64,000 bases of DNA, from the NCBI GenBank assembly GCA_036397035.1, contig DASWJS010000015.1, positions 2,105 through 66,104 on the forward strand, given 5' to 3'. The notes beneath the pieces are model-generated. The model saw only the letters and a list, made by a program, of their open reading frames with translations, did not search any database and was not told the DNA's origin. A program made the position numbers and the translations under genes. Each line of letters opens with the position of its first letter. The first letter of the stretch is position 1. This stretch comes from Actinomycetota bacterium (GTDB lineage: Bacteria; Actinomycetota; AC-67). This document shows, piece after piece, positions 46,902-56,566 of this stretch.

Positions 46902-46938
46902 GGATCGACCCCCGGCCTCCCGGGGGTCGATCCCTTTT
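46902..46938 (+). terminator. Intrinsic terminator
   Basis: Perfect 14-bp stem GGATCGACCCCCGG/CCGGGGGTCGATCC, 4-nt loop, CTTTT tail; between convergent genes. Confidence 0.85.
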
Positions 46939-47001
46939 CGCGCCGGCGCGAAGGTACGGCCGGGCAGGGTCCGGCTCGGACCAAAGAGTGCCGGGTTCTC
47001 G

Positions 47002-48348
47002 TCAGACGACGCGGGCGATGAAGTCTTCGAGCTGGCGGAGGTTGCGGACCTCGATCATGCCGTCGGCGTAGCGGGCGTACTCGGTCGTCACGGAGTCGCC
47101 GGTGTCCCAGTACATCGCCGGCTCGGGGTTCAGCCAGTAAACACGCTTGGCCTTCTTGCGCATTTCACGCACGATCCAGCTCGAGGTGTCGCGATAGTTG
47201 TTGCGCGCGTCGCCCAGGATCAGCACGCTCGCGCGGGGGCTGAGGTCGGCGCCGGCTCGTTCCCAGAACTTCGAAAGCGAGTTGCCGTAGTCGGAGTGCC
47301 CGTCGAGCCATACCACGTCGGCCTCGGTGTTCATGCGGTCGACCGCGTGCAGAAAGTCCTCGCTGTCGAACAGGTGCGTCACCTCGTCGAGCGTGTCGAC
47401 GAAGACGAACGAGCGCACGCGCGAGAACTGCGCTTGGAAGGCGTGGACGAACATCAGCGTGAAGCGCGCGAAGGCCGCCACCGATCCCGAGATGTCGCAG
47501 ATCAGGAACAGCTCCGGCTTGTGCACGCTGCGGTGACGGAAACGCGTGTCGAAGGGCACCCCACCGGTCGACAGCGAGGCGCGCACGGTCTTGCGAACGT
47601 CGAGCCGCCCGCGCTTGGCGTGCCGGCGCTTCATCGCCAGGCGCGTCGCGAGCCGCCGCGCGAGCGGCCCGATGGCCCGGCGCAGCGCGAGGATCTCGTC
47701 GCGCGTCGCGCGCACGAAGTCCAGATCTTCCGGCAGCGGGCGAACCGCGTGCTTGGCGACCTGTTCGGGTCCCTTGTGCTCGGCGAGCTTGCGGCGCACC
47801 TCGGCCTGCACTTCCTGGCGGAACTTGCGAAGTCGCTGCTCGAACTCGTCGCGCCAGAGCCGCTCCTCCAGCGGCGACAGCTCGTCGCGCATCTCGCGCA
47901 TGAGCCGCTCGAGCAACTGGTCCAGGTCAACGGCCCGGAAGACCCGGTACTCGAAGTACGGGCTGCCGGCGCGCTCGGTCTCGACGCGCCCGAAGGCCTG
48001 CACGGCCCGGCGCGCCAGCTCGCGAATCGCCGCCGCGTCGCCCGACAGGAGCGCCCGGAACAGCTCGTCCAGGTAGGCGTCGGGATCGACCTCGGCGTCC
48101 CCCTCGGCCGCGCGGGCGCCGGCATCCGGCGCGCGACCCGTCCCGAAGTACAGGTCGAACATCGTGTCGAACGCCTCGCGGTGCGCTTGGCTCTTGACCA
48201 TCGTCGCGGCGAGCGCCGACCGGAACGCTTCTTTGTCCTCGGCCGGGACGTGCCGGAGCGCGCGCATCGCATCCAGGTCGTCGCTGATCGCCACCGGCAC
48301 GCCGGCGTCCCGAAGCGCCCGGGCGAACGCTAGGAACCGATCGAGCAT
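47002..48348 (-). CDS. VWA domain protein (CoxE-like)
   Basis: LICDISGSV MIDAS-like motif, GHSDYG, ILGDARNNY, WLNPEP. Confidence 0.88.
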   Translation of the reverse strand: MLDRFLAFARALRDAGVPVAISDDLDAMRALRHVPAEDKEAFRSALAATMVKSQAHREAFDTMFDLYFGTGRAPDAGARAAEGDAEVDPDAYLDELFRALLSGDAAAIRELARRAVQAFGRVETERAGSPYFEYRVFRAVDLDQLLERLMREMRDELSPLEERLWRDEFEQRLRKFRQEVQAEVRRKLAEHKGPEQVAKHAVRPLPEDLDFVRATRDEILALRRAIGPLARRLATRLAMKRRHAKRGRLDVRKTVRASLSTGGVPFDTRFRHRSVHKPELFLICDISGSVAAFARFTLMFVHAFQAQFSRVRSFVFVDTLDEVTHLFDSEDFLHAVDRMNTEADVVWLDGHSDYGNSLSKFWERAGADLSPRASVLILGDARNNYRDTSSWIVREMRKKAKRVYWLNPEPAMYWDTGDSVTTEYARYADGMIEVRNLRQLEDFIARVV

Positions 48349-49232
48349 CAGTTCAGCCCCGGTTTGGGCGGGACTTTGAGGTGGGCTGCGACCTTTTCGA
48401 TGTCGGTCTGGTACTTCAGCAGCGCGCTCATGGAAGCGCGGGCGACGTTGGGATCCAGCTCCGTGATGCCGAGGTGCAGCAGCGTGCGCGCCCAGTCCAG
48501 GGTCTCGGCGATGCTCGGCGCCTTCTTCAGCTCGAGCTGGCGGATGCTTCGCACGAGCCGCACGATCTGGTCGGCGAGGATCTCGGGGATCTCCGGGACG
48601 CGCGCCAGCACGATCGCCTTTTCGCGCTCGACGTCTGGGTAGTCGAGGAACAGGTACAGGCAGCGGCGCTTCAACGCCTCGGACAGCTCCCGCGAGTTGT
48701 TGGACGTCAGGAACACCCAGGGGATCCGCTTCGCCGCGACGGTCCCCATCTCCGGGATCGAAACTTGGAAGTCGCTCAGCAGCTCCAGCAGCAGGCCCTC
48801 GAACTCAAAGTCGACCTTGTCGATCTCGTCGATCAGCAGCACGACCTGGTCGTCGGCGCGGATCGCTTCGAGCAGCGGGCGCTCCAGCAGGAAGTCCTCC
48901 GTGAAGATGTTGGTCTCGACGTCCTCCCAGGACAGCTCGCGGCCCTGCTCGGCCTGGATGCGAAGGAGCTGCTTCTTGTAGTTCCACTCGTAGAGCGCCT
49001 TGGCTTCGTCCAGGCCCTCGTAGCACTGCAGCCGGATCAAGCGCGCGCCGAGGCTGGCGGCGACCGACTTGGCAAGCTCGGTCTTGCCCGTGCCCGCCGG
49101 CCCTTCGACGAGGACGGGCTTGCCGAGCCGCTCGGCGAGGAAGACCACGGTCGCGATCGACTCGTCGGCGAGGTAGCCCGCGCCTTCGAGCCGCTCGACC
49201 ACCTTCGGCAGCGATTCGTACCCGATGCTCAT
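48348..49232 (-). CDS. MoxR-type AAA+ ATPase (CoxD-like)
   Basis: [39 protein letters not shown]; ATG overlaps the proA stop. Confidence 0.9.
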   Translation of the reverse strand: MSIGYESLPKVVERLEGAGYLADESIATVVFLAERLGKPVLVEGPAGTGKTELAKSVAASLGARLIRLQCYEGLDEAKALYEWNYKKQLLRIQAEQGRELSWEDVETNIFTEDFLLERPLLEAIRADDQVVLLIDEIDKVDFEFEGLLLELLSDFQVSIPEMGTVAAKRIPWVFLTSNNSRELSEALKRRCLYLFLDYPDVEREKAIVLARVPEIPEILADQIVRLVRSIRQLELKKAPSIAETLDWARTLLHLGITELDPNVARASMSALLKYQTDIEKVAAHLKVPPKPGLN

Positions 49233-50476
49233 GTCCGTATCTGTCCTTCCCCGGTGACGACGTACTTCGTCGAGGTCATCTCGCGCAGACCCATGGGTCC
49301 GCGCGCGTGCAGCTTCTGGTTGCTGATGCCGATCTCGGCGCCGAAGCCGAACTCCCCGCCGTCGGCGAAGCGGGTAGAGGCGTTGACCATCACGCACGCG
49401 GAGTCGCACCCGGCCGCGAACCGGCTCGCCGCGTCCTCGTCCTCGGTCACGATCGCCTCGGTGTGGTGCGAGCCGTAGGCGTTCGTGTGCGCGATCGCCT
49501 CCTCGACCGAGTCCACGACCTTCACGGCGAGGATGAGGTCGAGGTACTCGGCGAACCAATCGTCCTCAGTCGCCTCGCGCATCTCCGGGACGAGGGCGCG
49601 CGCGGGGGCGTCGCCTCGAAGCTCGACGCCGGCATCGTGGAGCGCGCGCCCGGCCCGCGGCAGGAAGTCGCCGGCGACGGCTCGGTGCACGAGCAGCGTC
49701 TCGGCCGCGTTGCACACGCTCGGGCGCTGCACCTTCGCGTTGAGCACGATCGGCAAGGCCTTGTCCAGGTCTGCCGCCGCGTCGACGTAGACGTGGCAGG
49801 TGCCCGAGCCGGTCTCCAGCACCGGCACGATCGACTCCTCGACCACGGTCTTGATCAGGCCCGCTCCCCCGCGCGGGATGAGCACGTCCACGAACTCCCG
49901 CGCGCGCATGAGGTCCTTCGCGCCCTCGCGCGAGGTGTCCTCGACGAGCTGGATCGCGTCGGCCGGCAGTCCGGCCGACGCTCCCGCTTCGGACAGGATC
50001 CTCACGAGCAGCGCGTTGGTCGCCAGCGCGCTCGCCGAGCCGCGCAGGATGCACGCGTTGCCGCTCTTCAGGCAGAGCGTCGCGGCGTCGACGGTCACGT
50101 TCGGGCGAGCCTCGTAGATGATGCCGATCACCCCGAGCGGCACGCGCACCTTCCGGATGCGCAGGCCGTTCGGCCGCGTCCACTCCTCGATCGTCTCCCC
50201 GATCGGGTCGGGCAGACCGATGAGCGAGCGGACGGCGGCGGCGATCCCGGCGATCCGCTCGGTGGTCAGGGTGAGCCGGTCCACGATCGCGTCCGGCGTT
50301 TGGTCGGCGCGCGCGCGCGTTACGTCCTGCGCGTTCGCCTCGACGATCTCGCGCGCGCGCGCCTCCAGCGCGCCGGCCATCGCCGCCAGGCCCGCGTTCT
50401 TCACCTCGGCAGGCGTGGCCGCCAAGGCCGCCGCCGCCGCCTTGGCGCGCGGGCCGATCTCGCTCAGCGCGCTCAT
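49229..50476 (-). CDS. proA: Gamma-glutamyl phosphate reductase
   Basis: [42 protein letters not shown]. Confidence 0.97.
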   Translation of the reverse strand: MSALSEIGPRAKAAAAALAATPAEVKNAGLAAMAGALEARAREIVEANAQDVTRARADQTPDAIVDRLTLTTERIAGIAAAVRSLIGLPDPIGETIEEWTRPNGLRIRKVRVPLGVIGIIYEARPNVTVDAATLCLKSGNACILRGSASALATNALLVRILSEAGASAGLPADAIQLVEDTSREGAKDLMRAREFVDVLIPRGGAGLIKTVVEESIVPVLETGSGTCHVYVDAAADLDKALPIVLNAKVQRPSVCNAAETLLVHRAVAGDFLPRAGRALHDAGVELRGDAPARALVPEMREATEDDWFAEYLDLILAVKVVDSVEEAIAHTNAYGSHHTEAIVTEDEDAASRFAAGCDSACVMVNASTRFADGGEFGFGAEIGISNQKLHARGPMGLREMTSTKYVVTGEGQIRT

Positions 50477-50501
50477 TGGAGACCCCAGGGTACCGGGCGC
50501 G

Positions 50502-51593
50502 CTACAGGATCACGAGCGAGTCCCGGTGGATCACCTCGCGGCCGCCGTCGCGGATGCTCGCCCCGATGGGCATGTCGGCGGCCGCGTAGTTGACGATGCC
50601 CTTGGCGAAGACCGCCCCGGCCGGGTCGGCGACTTCGACGGCGTCGCCCGCCTCGAAGGCGCCGGCCACCGCGGTCACGCCCGCCGGCAGCAGGCTCTTG
50701 CCGCCCTCGACGAGCGCCCGGCGCGCCCCGTCGTCGACGGTGACCGTGCCGCGGGGTACGAGGCTGAACTCGATCCAGAGCTTGCGCGAGCGCCCGCGGG
50801 CGCGGCGCGGCTCGAACGACGAGCCGACCTCCTCCCCGGCGACGATCCGCTCGACGACGCGCGGCTCGCGCCCGTGCGCGATCACCACGCGCGTCCCGGC
50901 CGCCGTCGCGGTCCGCACCGCCTCGACCTTCGAGGCCATGCCGCCCGAGCCGAGCGCGGACCCGCGCCGGCCCGCTCGCATCCGCTCGAGCCCGGCGAGG
51001 TCGGTGATGCGGTGGACCGGCTCGCGCGCGCGCTTGGGATCGGCGGAGTAGACGCCGTCGATGTCGCTCAGGATGACGAGCAGATCGGCGTGCGCCATGA
51101 TCGCCACGAGCGCCGCCAGCGCGTCGTTGTCGCCGAAGCGGATCTCGTCGACGGCCGTCGTGTCGTTCTCGTTCACGATCGGGACGACGCCCATCTTCAG
51201 CAGTCGCTCCAGCGCGTGGTGGGCGTTCAGATACGAGCGGCGCCGCACGACGTCGTCGCGCGTGAGCAGCATCTGGCCGACCGGGACCTTCCGGCGTGCG
51301 AAGGCACGCTGGTAGGCGTGCATGAGGATGCCCTGGCCGACGCTCGCCGCGGCCTGCAAGCCCGGGATGTCGCCCGGACGCCGCTTCAGGCCGAGCGGCT
51401 CGAGCCCCGCGGCGATCGCGCCCGAGGACACCAGCACCGGCGCCGCGCCCGCGCGCCGCACCGCCGCGAGTTGGCCGGCGAGCGCGCGCACCTGCCCGTC
51501 GTCGAGCGTCCCGTCCGCGGCCGTGATCGTGGACGAGCCGACCTTGACGACGATCCGCTTGGTGGCGTGCCGGTTCAAGACGTGCCGACTCAT
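50502..51593 (-). CDS. proB: Glutamate 5-kinase with PUA domain
   Basis: [33 protein letters not shown]. Confidence 0.96.
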   Translation of the reverse strand: MSRHVLNRHATKRIVVKVGSSTITAADGTLDDGQVRALAGQLAAVRRAGAAPVLVSSGAIAAGLEPLGLKRRPGDIPGLQAAASVGQGILMHAYQRAFARRKVPVGQMLLTRDDVVRRRSYLNAHHALERLLKMGVVPIVNENDTTAVDEIRFGDNDALAALVAIMAHADLLVILSDIDGVYSADPKRAREPVHRITDLAGLERMRAGRRGSALGSGGMASKVEAVRTATAAGTRVVIAHGREPRVVERIVAGEEVGSSFEPRRARGRSRKLWIEFSLVPRGTVTVDDGARRALVEGGKSLLPAGVTAVAGAFEAGDAVEVADPAGAVFAKGIVNYAAADMPIGASIRDGGREVIHRDSLVIL

Positions 51594-52879
51594 GAGCTGC
51601 GTGCGCTCCGGTCCGGGTCGTCGGGCGTGAACTCGAAGGCGACCTCGCCGATGCGCACCTCGTCGCCGGCCTTCGCGCCGGCGCGGGCCAGCGCCTCCTC
51701 CACCCCGATCGACACCAGTGCTTCCTGCACGTAGACGAGCGCGTCCGGGTGGGAGACGTCGAAGCGCTCCAGGAGCCGCTCCGCCCGCGCGTGGCGCACG
51801 CGCCACGCCTCCTCCTCGCGCTCGACGAGGACCTCGTGCCCTTCCGGCCGCAGGCGGATCAAGCGGTGCGACGGCCGGGGGGGCGTGCGCGCGTCTGCCT
51901 CGGCGACCGCGCGGGCGAGCGCGTCGTGCAGGTCCTCCACGCCCGCGCCCGTGACCGCCGAGGTCGCGACGAAGGTGAAGCCGGCCGCGCCGGCCGCCGA
52001 TCGCGCGTCGGCCACCGCGCCGTCTCCGAGGTCCACCTTGTTCCCGGCAACCACGCCCACGCGCTCGTCGAAGCTCGCAAGGTGCGCGCGCAGCTCGGCC
52101 CGCAACGCCTCCAGAGCCGCGCGCGGGGGCTCGGCCGACAGGTCCAGCACGAAGCAGAGCGCGCGGCAGCGCTCGAGGTGGCGCAGGAACGAGAGACCGA
52201 GCCCCTTGCCCTGCGACGCGCCCTCGATCAGGCCGGGGACGTCGGCGATCACGAATCGCCGGTCGCCCGCGTCGGCGACGCCGAGGTTGGGCGTCAACGT
52301 CGTGAAGGGATAGGCGGCAACCTTCGGGCGAGCGGCGGACAGGCGCGCGATCAACGAGGACTTCCCGGCGTTGGGGAAGCCGACCAGCCCGACGTCGGCC
52401 AGGACCTTCAGCTCGAGCCGCAGGCGCCGGCGCTCGCCGCGTTCGCCGCGTTCGGCAAAGCTCGGCGCGCGCCGCTTGGCCGTGACGAAGGCGGCGTTGC
52501 CACGGCCGCCGCGACCCCCGCGCGCCGCGACGAACTCGGCGCCGTCGCCGACGAGGTCGGCGATCGCGACGCCCTCCTCGTCGTGCACGACGGTGCCGTC
52601 GGGAACCGCCAGCACGACGTCCGGCGCCGCGGCGCCCTGGCGCGTGTTGCCCGACCCGCTCCCGCCCTTCTGCGCGCGCAGGTGCGGGGCGCGGGCCGCC
52701 TCCGCCAGCGTGGAGACGTTGTGGTCGACCCGTAGGATCACGCTCCCGCCCGCGCCGCCGGTTCCCCCGTCCGGCGGGCCCTTCGGCCGGTACTTCTCGC
52801 GGCGGAAGGACACCGATCCGTGACCGCCGTCGCCGGCCGCCACCTCGATGCGCGCCTCGTCGACGAACCCGGGGTCCAT
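51590..52879 (-). CDS. obgE: GTPase ObgE/CgtA
   Basis: FVDEARI..AGDGG, GFPNAGKSS, YPFTTL, DVPGLIEGA, NKVD; C-terminal DUF1967-like region. Confidence 0.97.
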   Translation of the reverse strand: MDPGFVDEARIEVAAGDGGHGSVSFRREKYRPKGPPDGGTGGAGGSVILRVDHNVSTLAEAARAPHLRAQKGGSGSGNTRQGAAAPDVVLAVPDGTVVHDEEGVAIADLVGDGAEFVAARGGRGGRGNAAFVTAKRRAPSFAERGERGERRRLRLELKVLADVGLVGFPNAGKSSLIARLSAARPKVAAYPFTTLTPNLGVADAGDRRFVIADVPGLIEGASQGKGLGLSFLRHLERCRALCFVLDLSAEPPRAALEALRAELRAHLASFDERVGVVAGNKVDLGDGAVADARSAAGAAGFTFVATSAVTGAGVEDLHDALARAVAEADARTPPRPSHRLIRLRPEGHEVLVEREEEAWRVRHARAERLLERFDVSHPDALVYVQEALVSIGVEEALARAGAKAGDEVRIGEVAFEFTPDDPDRSARSS

Positions 52880-52950
52880 GCCGCGCACATTAGCAACGCC
52901 CGCCTTTGCCCCCGGCCTCGTCGCGGCGGTACAAGAGGGGGATGAACGGG

Positions 52951-54900
52951 ATGCAACCCGCCGACGTCTACCGCCTGACCTCCGTCTCGGACCCTCGCGT
53001 CTCTCCCGACGGCCGCCGCGCCGCCTACGTCGTGACCACGATCGACGAAGAGGCCAACGACTACCGCAGCGCGATCTGGGTCGTGCCGCTCGACGGCTCG
53101 GCCGAGCCCCGCCGATTCACCTCCGGCATCGCGCGCGACGCCTCGCCCCGCTGGTCGCCCGACGGGTCGCGAATCGCCTTCGTCAGCTCGCGGGCGAAGC
53201 CGGGTGAGGACCCGAAGAAGGCGCAGGGACAGCTCTACGTCATGCCGGCCGACGGGGGCGAGCCCCTGCGCCTGACCGATCTCAAGGAAGCCGTGAGCGC
53301 GCCGGCCTGGTCGCCCGACGGGACGCGGATCGCGTTCACCTCGCGCGTGCGCGACGCCGCTTACGACGAGGAGGACGAGCGCAAGCGGCCCCCGCGCCGC
53401 GTGACCCGGCTGGCCTTCCGTCTCGACGACGTGGGCTGGATCGGCGACCGTCGCCAGCACGTCTTCGTCGTGCCGGCCGACGGCTCGGGCGAGCCGTCGC
53501 AGGTCACCGACGGCGACTTCGACGACTCCTCTCCGTCCTGGTCGCCCGACGGGACGCGGATCGCGTTCTCGTCCGGGCGGGGCGAGAACTGGGACATCAC
53601 GTTCGCGACGGACCTGTTCGTCGTGAACGCCGACGGCGGCGAGCCCGACCTGCTCACGACCGGCGACGGGTTCAGCGCCGCGCCGTCCTGGTCGCCCGAC
53701 GGGATGCGGATCGCCTACCAGTTCACCCCGGGCGTCCGCGACTGGCCGCGGCACGCGCAGATCGCGGTCATGGACCTGGCAACCCGAGACCGGCGCATCC
53801 TGACCGCCAGCCTCGACCGCAACTGCGCGCCCTACCCGCCGATGCGCGAGCCGATCTGGTCCTCCGACCACCTGCTCTTCGCGACCGAGGACGCGGGGGC
53901 GAACCCGCTCTACCTGGTGCCGGCCGACGGAAGCGACAAGCCGCAGACCGTGGTGACCGGGCAGGCGCTGGGCGGCTACGACATGGTCGCCGGGCAGGGC
54001 GTCCACGTCGCCACGACGCCGGCGACGCTCCCCGAGCTGTTCCACGGCGAGTCCCGCCTCACCTCGCACGGCGCCGCCTTCGCGCAGGCGCGTTCGCTCG
54101 CGTCGCCCGAGCGGTTCACCGCCACCTCGGCCGACGGCACCGAGGTGGACGCGTGGATCATGCGCCCGCCCGGATTCACCGGCGGCACGCGGTACCCCGT
54201 GCTGCTCAGCGTCCACGGCGGGCCGTTCACGCAGTACGGCGAGCGCTTTCACGACGAGTTCCAGGTCTACGCCGGGGCCGGCTACGTCGTGCTGTACGCG
54301 AACCCGCGCGGCTCGTCCGGCTACTCCGAGGAATGGGGCCGGGCGATCCGCGGCCCGAGCAACGGCGCGGGGCCGGGCATGGGGACCGTGGACTACGAGG
54401 ACGTCATGGCGGTCGTGGACGAGGCGCTCGCGCGCTACGAGTTCTGCGACCCCGACCGGCTCGGCGTCATCGGCGGCTCCTACGGCGGCTTCATGGCCAC
54501 CTGGATCGCCGCTCACACCACCCGGTTCAAGGCGGCGATCTCCGAGCGGGCGGTGAACTCCTGGACCAGCATGTGGGGGTCGAGCGACAGCGGCTGGGCG
54601 TTCGAGGCGGAGGTGGGCGCGAACATCATGGACGACCCCGCCGCCTGGCGGGCGATCTCGCCGCTCGAGCACGCGCAGAACATCGCCACGCCGCTGCTCA
54701 TCATCCATTCGGAGAACGACCTGCGGTGCAACGCCGAGCAGGCGGACCAGCTTTTCACCACGCTGCGCTACCTCGGGCGCGAGGTGGAGATGGTGCGCTT
54801 CCCCGCCGAAGGCCACGAGCTGAGCCGCAGCGGCTCGCCCGTGCACCGCGTCCAGCGCTTCGAGATCGTCCTGGAGTGGTTCGCGCGCCACCTCAGCTAG
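52951..54900 (+). CDS. S9 family peptidase with PD40 propeller
   Basis: WSPDG repeats, HGGP, NPRGSSGY, GGSYGG, D and H in the C-terminal domain; start 52942 or 52951. Confidence 0.92.
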   Translation: MQPADVYRLTSVSDPRVSPDGRRAAYVVTTIDEEANDYRSAIWVVPLDGSAEPRRFTSGIARDASPRWSPDGSRIAFVSSRAKPGEDPKKAQGQLYVMPADGGEPLRLTDLKEAVSAPAWSPDGTRIAFTSRVRDAAYDEEDERKRPPRRVTRLAFRLDDVGWIGDRRQHVFVVPADGSGEPSQVTDGDFDDSSPSWSPDGTRIAFSSGRGENWDITFATDLFVVNADGGEPDLLTTGDGFSAAPSWSPDGMRIAYQFTPGVRDWPRHAQIAVMDLATRDRRILTASLDRNCAPYPPMREPIWSSDHLLFATEDAGANPLYLVPADGSDKPQTVVTGQALGGYDMVAGQGVHVATTPATLPELFHGESRLTSHGAAFAQARSLASPERFTATSADGTEVDAWIMRPPGFTGGTRYPVLLSVHGGPFTQYGERFHDEFQVYAGAGYVVLYANPRGSSGYSEEWGRAIRGPSNGAGPGMGTVDYEDVMAVVDEALARYEFCDPDRLGVIGGSYGGFMATWIAAHTTRFKAAISERAVNSWTSMWGSSDSGWAFEAEVGANIMDDPAAWRAISPLEHAQNIATPLLIIHSENDLRCNAEQADQLFTTLRYLGREVEMVRFPAEGHELSRSGSPVHRVQRFEIVLEWFARHLS

Positions 54901-55723
54901 GCGAGATCGCGCAGTCCTCCAGCGGTTCGGCGCCGGTGCGCACGCGCGTCACGACGTCGCCGCTCGGGATGCGCAGCAGCACGGCGTCGCGCACGTCGTA
55001 GACCATGATCCGGTCCTCTGCTTCGCCGAGGTAGACCAGACACTCGGACGCGAAGGCCGCTTCGGTCGAGCCGTCCGGCGCCACGACCTCGACCGGCTCC
55101 GCGCGCACCTGGAGCATCGGCAGCGGCCCGACGGTGCCGGAGGTTACGTGGATCGGCTCGCCGCGGATCGTCAGACCGTCGGCAAGCTCGATCGCGCGCA
55201 GCGGCAAGATCGCGAAGGCGAGCACGCTGCCGACGACGAGCGAGAACACGGCGATCGGCCTGATCGACTTGGTCAGCTCCTGGCGGACCGTCGTGCGACG
55301 CCCTTCGGTTGCGATCCGCGCGCTCATCTCGAACAGCGACTTGCCCAGGCGCGTCTTGCCGAGCCACTGCTGCTCGAACTGGGATCGAGCCCGTTCGAGG
55401 TCGGCCTGTTCGATACGCAGCGACCGCATCATCGAGCGCAACGACGTGGAGATCGACATGGGGAGAAATACGACGTAGACCCACACGACGGCGAACACGA
55501 GCAAGGAAATGAATGCCACCAGCACGATCGGCCCGGCGGCCGCCTGCGCGAGGATCTCCGCCTTGCCGAGCCCGACCTCCTCCGGGACCAAACCGAAGCG
55601 CGAGTAGAAGCTGACGTAGACCATGCGCAGGGCCGCGTAGAACACCACCGAGAGCCCGGCGAGGAGCGCCGTGTACTCCTTGACCCTGGCGACGAGTCCG
55701 GGGGGCGCGGGCGGGTCGGTCAC
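54893..55723 (-). CDS. Hypothetical membrane protein
   Basis: Three hydrophobic segments; GC-biased codon usage. Confidence 0.65.
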   Translation of the reverse strand: MTDPPAPPGLVARVKEYTALLAGLSVVFYAALRMVYVSFYSRFGLVPEEVGLGKAEILAQAAAGPIVLVAFISLLVFAVVWVYVVFLPMSISTSLRSMMRSLRIEQADLERARSQFEQQWLGKTRLGKSLFEMSARIATEGRRTTVRQELTKSIRPIAVFSLVVGSVLAFAILPLRAIELADGLTIRGEPIHVTSGTVGPLPMLQVRAEPVEVVAPDGSTEAAFASECLVYLGEAEDRIMVYDVRDAVLLRIPSGDVVTRVRTGAEPLEDCAISPS

Positions 55724-55739
55724 CTGCGCGCGCGGGTCG

Positions 55740-55994
55740 CTACGCCGTCGGGATGACGTCGACGATGCGGCGGTTGCGGCGCTGGTGGTATCGGACCGTG
55801 CCCGGCGAGACGGCGAAGAGCGTGTCGTCCCTGCCGCGCTTGACGTTCTGGCCGGGATGAACCTTTGTGCCCCGCTGGCGCACGAGGATGGACCCGGGCG
55901 TGACCGTCTGCCCGGCGTAGACCTTCACGCCCAGGTACTTGGGGTTGGAGTCGCGCCCGTTGCGCGTGGACCCGAGGCCCTTCTTGGAAGCCAT
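55740..55994 (-). CDS. rpmA: 50S ribosomal protein L27
   Basis: [24 protein letters not shown]. Confidence 0.98.
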   Translation of the reverse strand: MASKKGLGSTRNGRDSNPKYLGVKVYAGQTVTPGSILVRQRGTKVHPGQNVKRGRDDTLFAVSPGTVRYHQRRNRRIVDVIPTA

Positions 55995-56018
55995 GGCGCA
56001 ACGAGGATACCAGAACCG

Positions 56019-56555
56019 TCAGGACGTAGCGGTCGTCTTCTTCGTCGTCTTCTTCGCCCCGGCTTTGGCGGTCGTCTTCTTGGCGGCAGGCTTCTTGGCG
56101 GTCGTCTTCTTGGCGGCAGGCTTCTTGGCGGCGGGCTTCTCGGCGGCCGGCTTCTTCGCGGCCGTCTTCTTGGCCGGCGCGGCCTTCTCCTCGGCCGCAG
56201 GCGCCGGAGCCGGCTCCTCCGGAGCCTTCTCCACCTTCCCGCCGAACCGGATCTCGGCGATCTCGACCAGCGTGAGCGGCTGGCGATGGCCGGTGTGCCG
56301 CCGGTACCCGGTCTTGTTGCGGTAGTTGAAGACGTCGACCTTGTCGCCCTTCAGGTGGTCCAGGATCGTGCCGACCACGGTCGCCTCGCCCTCGGCGAGC
56401 GCCTTCTTGTCGCTCACGACCTGCTCGCCGGTCGATACCAGGAGCGGCGTGAACGTGATCTCCGACCCGACCTCTTCCTTGCGCCGGTCGATCGTGATCT
56501 GCTCGCCGGGGCTCACCTTCTCTTGATGACCGCCGGCCCGGATGATCGCGTACAT
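56019..56555 (-). CDS. rplU: 50S ribosomal protein L21 with Lys/Ala-rich C-terminal extension
   Basis: MYAIIRAGGHQEKV...GHRQPLT, then an AKKPA-type tail. Confidence 0.95.
   Translation of the reverse strand: MYAIIRAGGHQEKVSPGEQITIDRRKEEVGSEITFTPLLVSTGEQVVSDKKALAEGEATVVGTILDHLKGDKVDVFNYRNKTGYRRHTGHRQPLTLVEIAEIRFGGKVEKAPEEPAPAPAAEEKAAPAKKTAAKKPAAEKPAAKKPAAKKTTAKKPAAKKTTAKAGAKKTTKKTTATS
56071..56130. repeat. Perfect 30-bp tandem repeat inside the L21 tail
   Basis: GTCGTCTTCTTGGCGGCAGGCTTCTTGGCG x2. Confidence 0.9.
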
Positions 56556-56566
56556 TCCTCGCTCCC

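Noticed and set aside
53140-53720. Repeated TCCTGGTCGCCCGACGGGACGCGGATCGCG DNA segments (also in 30680-31260)
   Set aside because: They are ordinary coding repeats of PD40 (WSPDG) propeller blades
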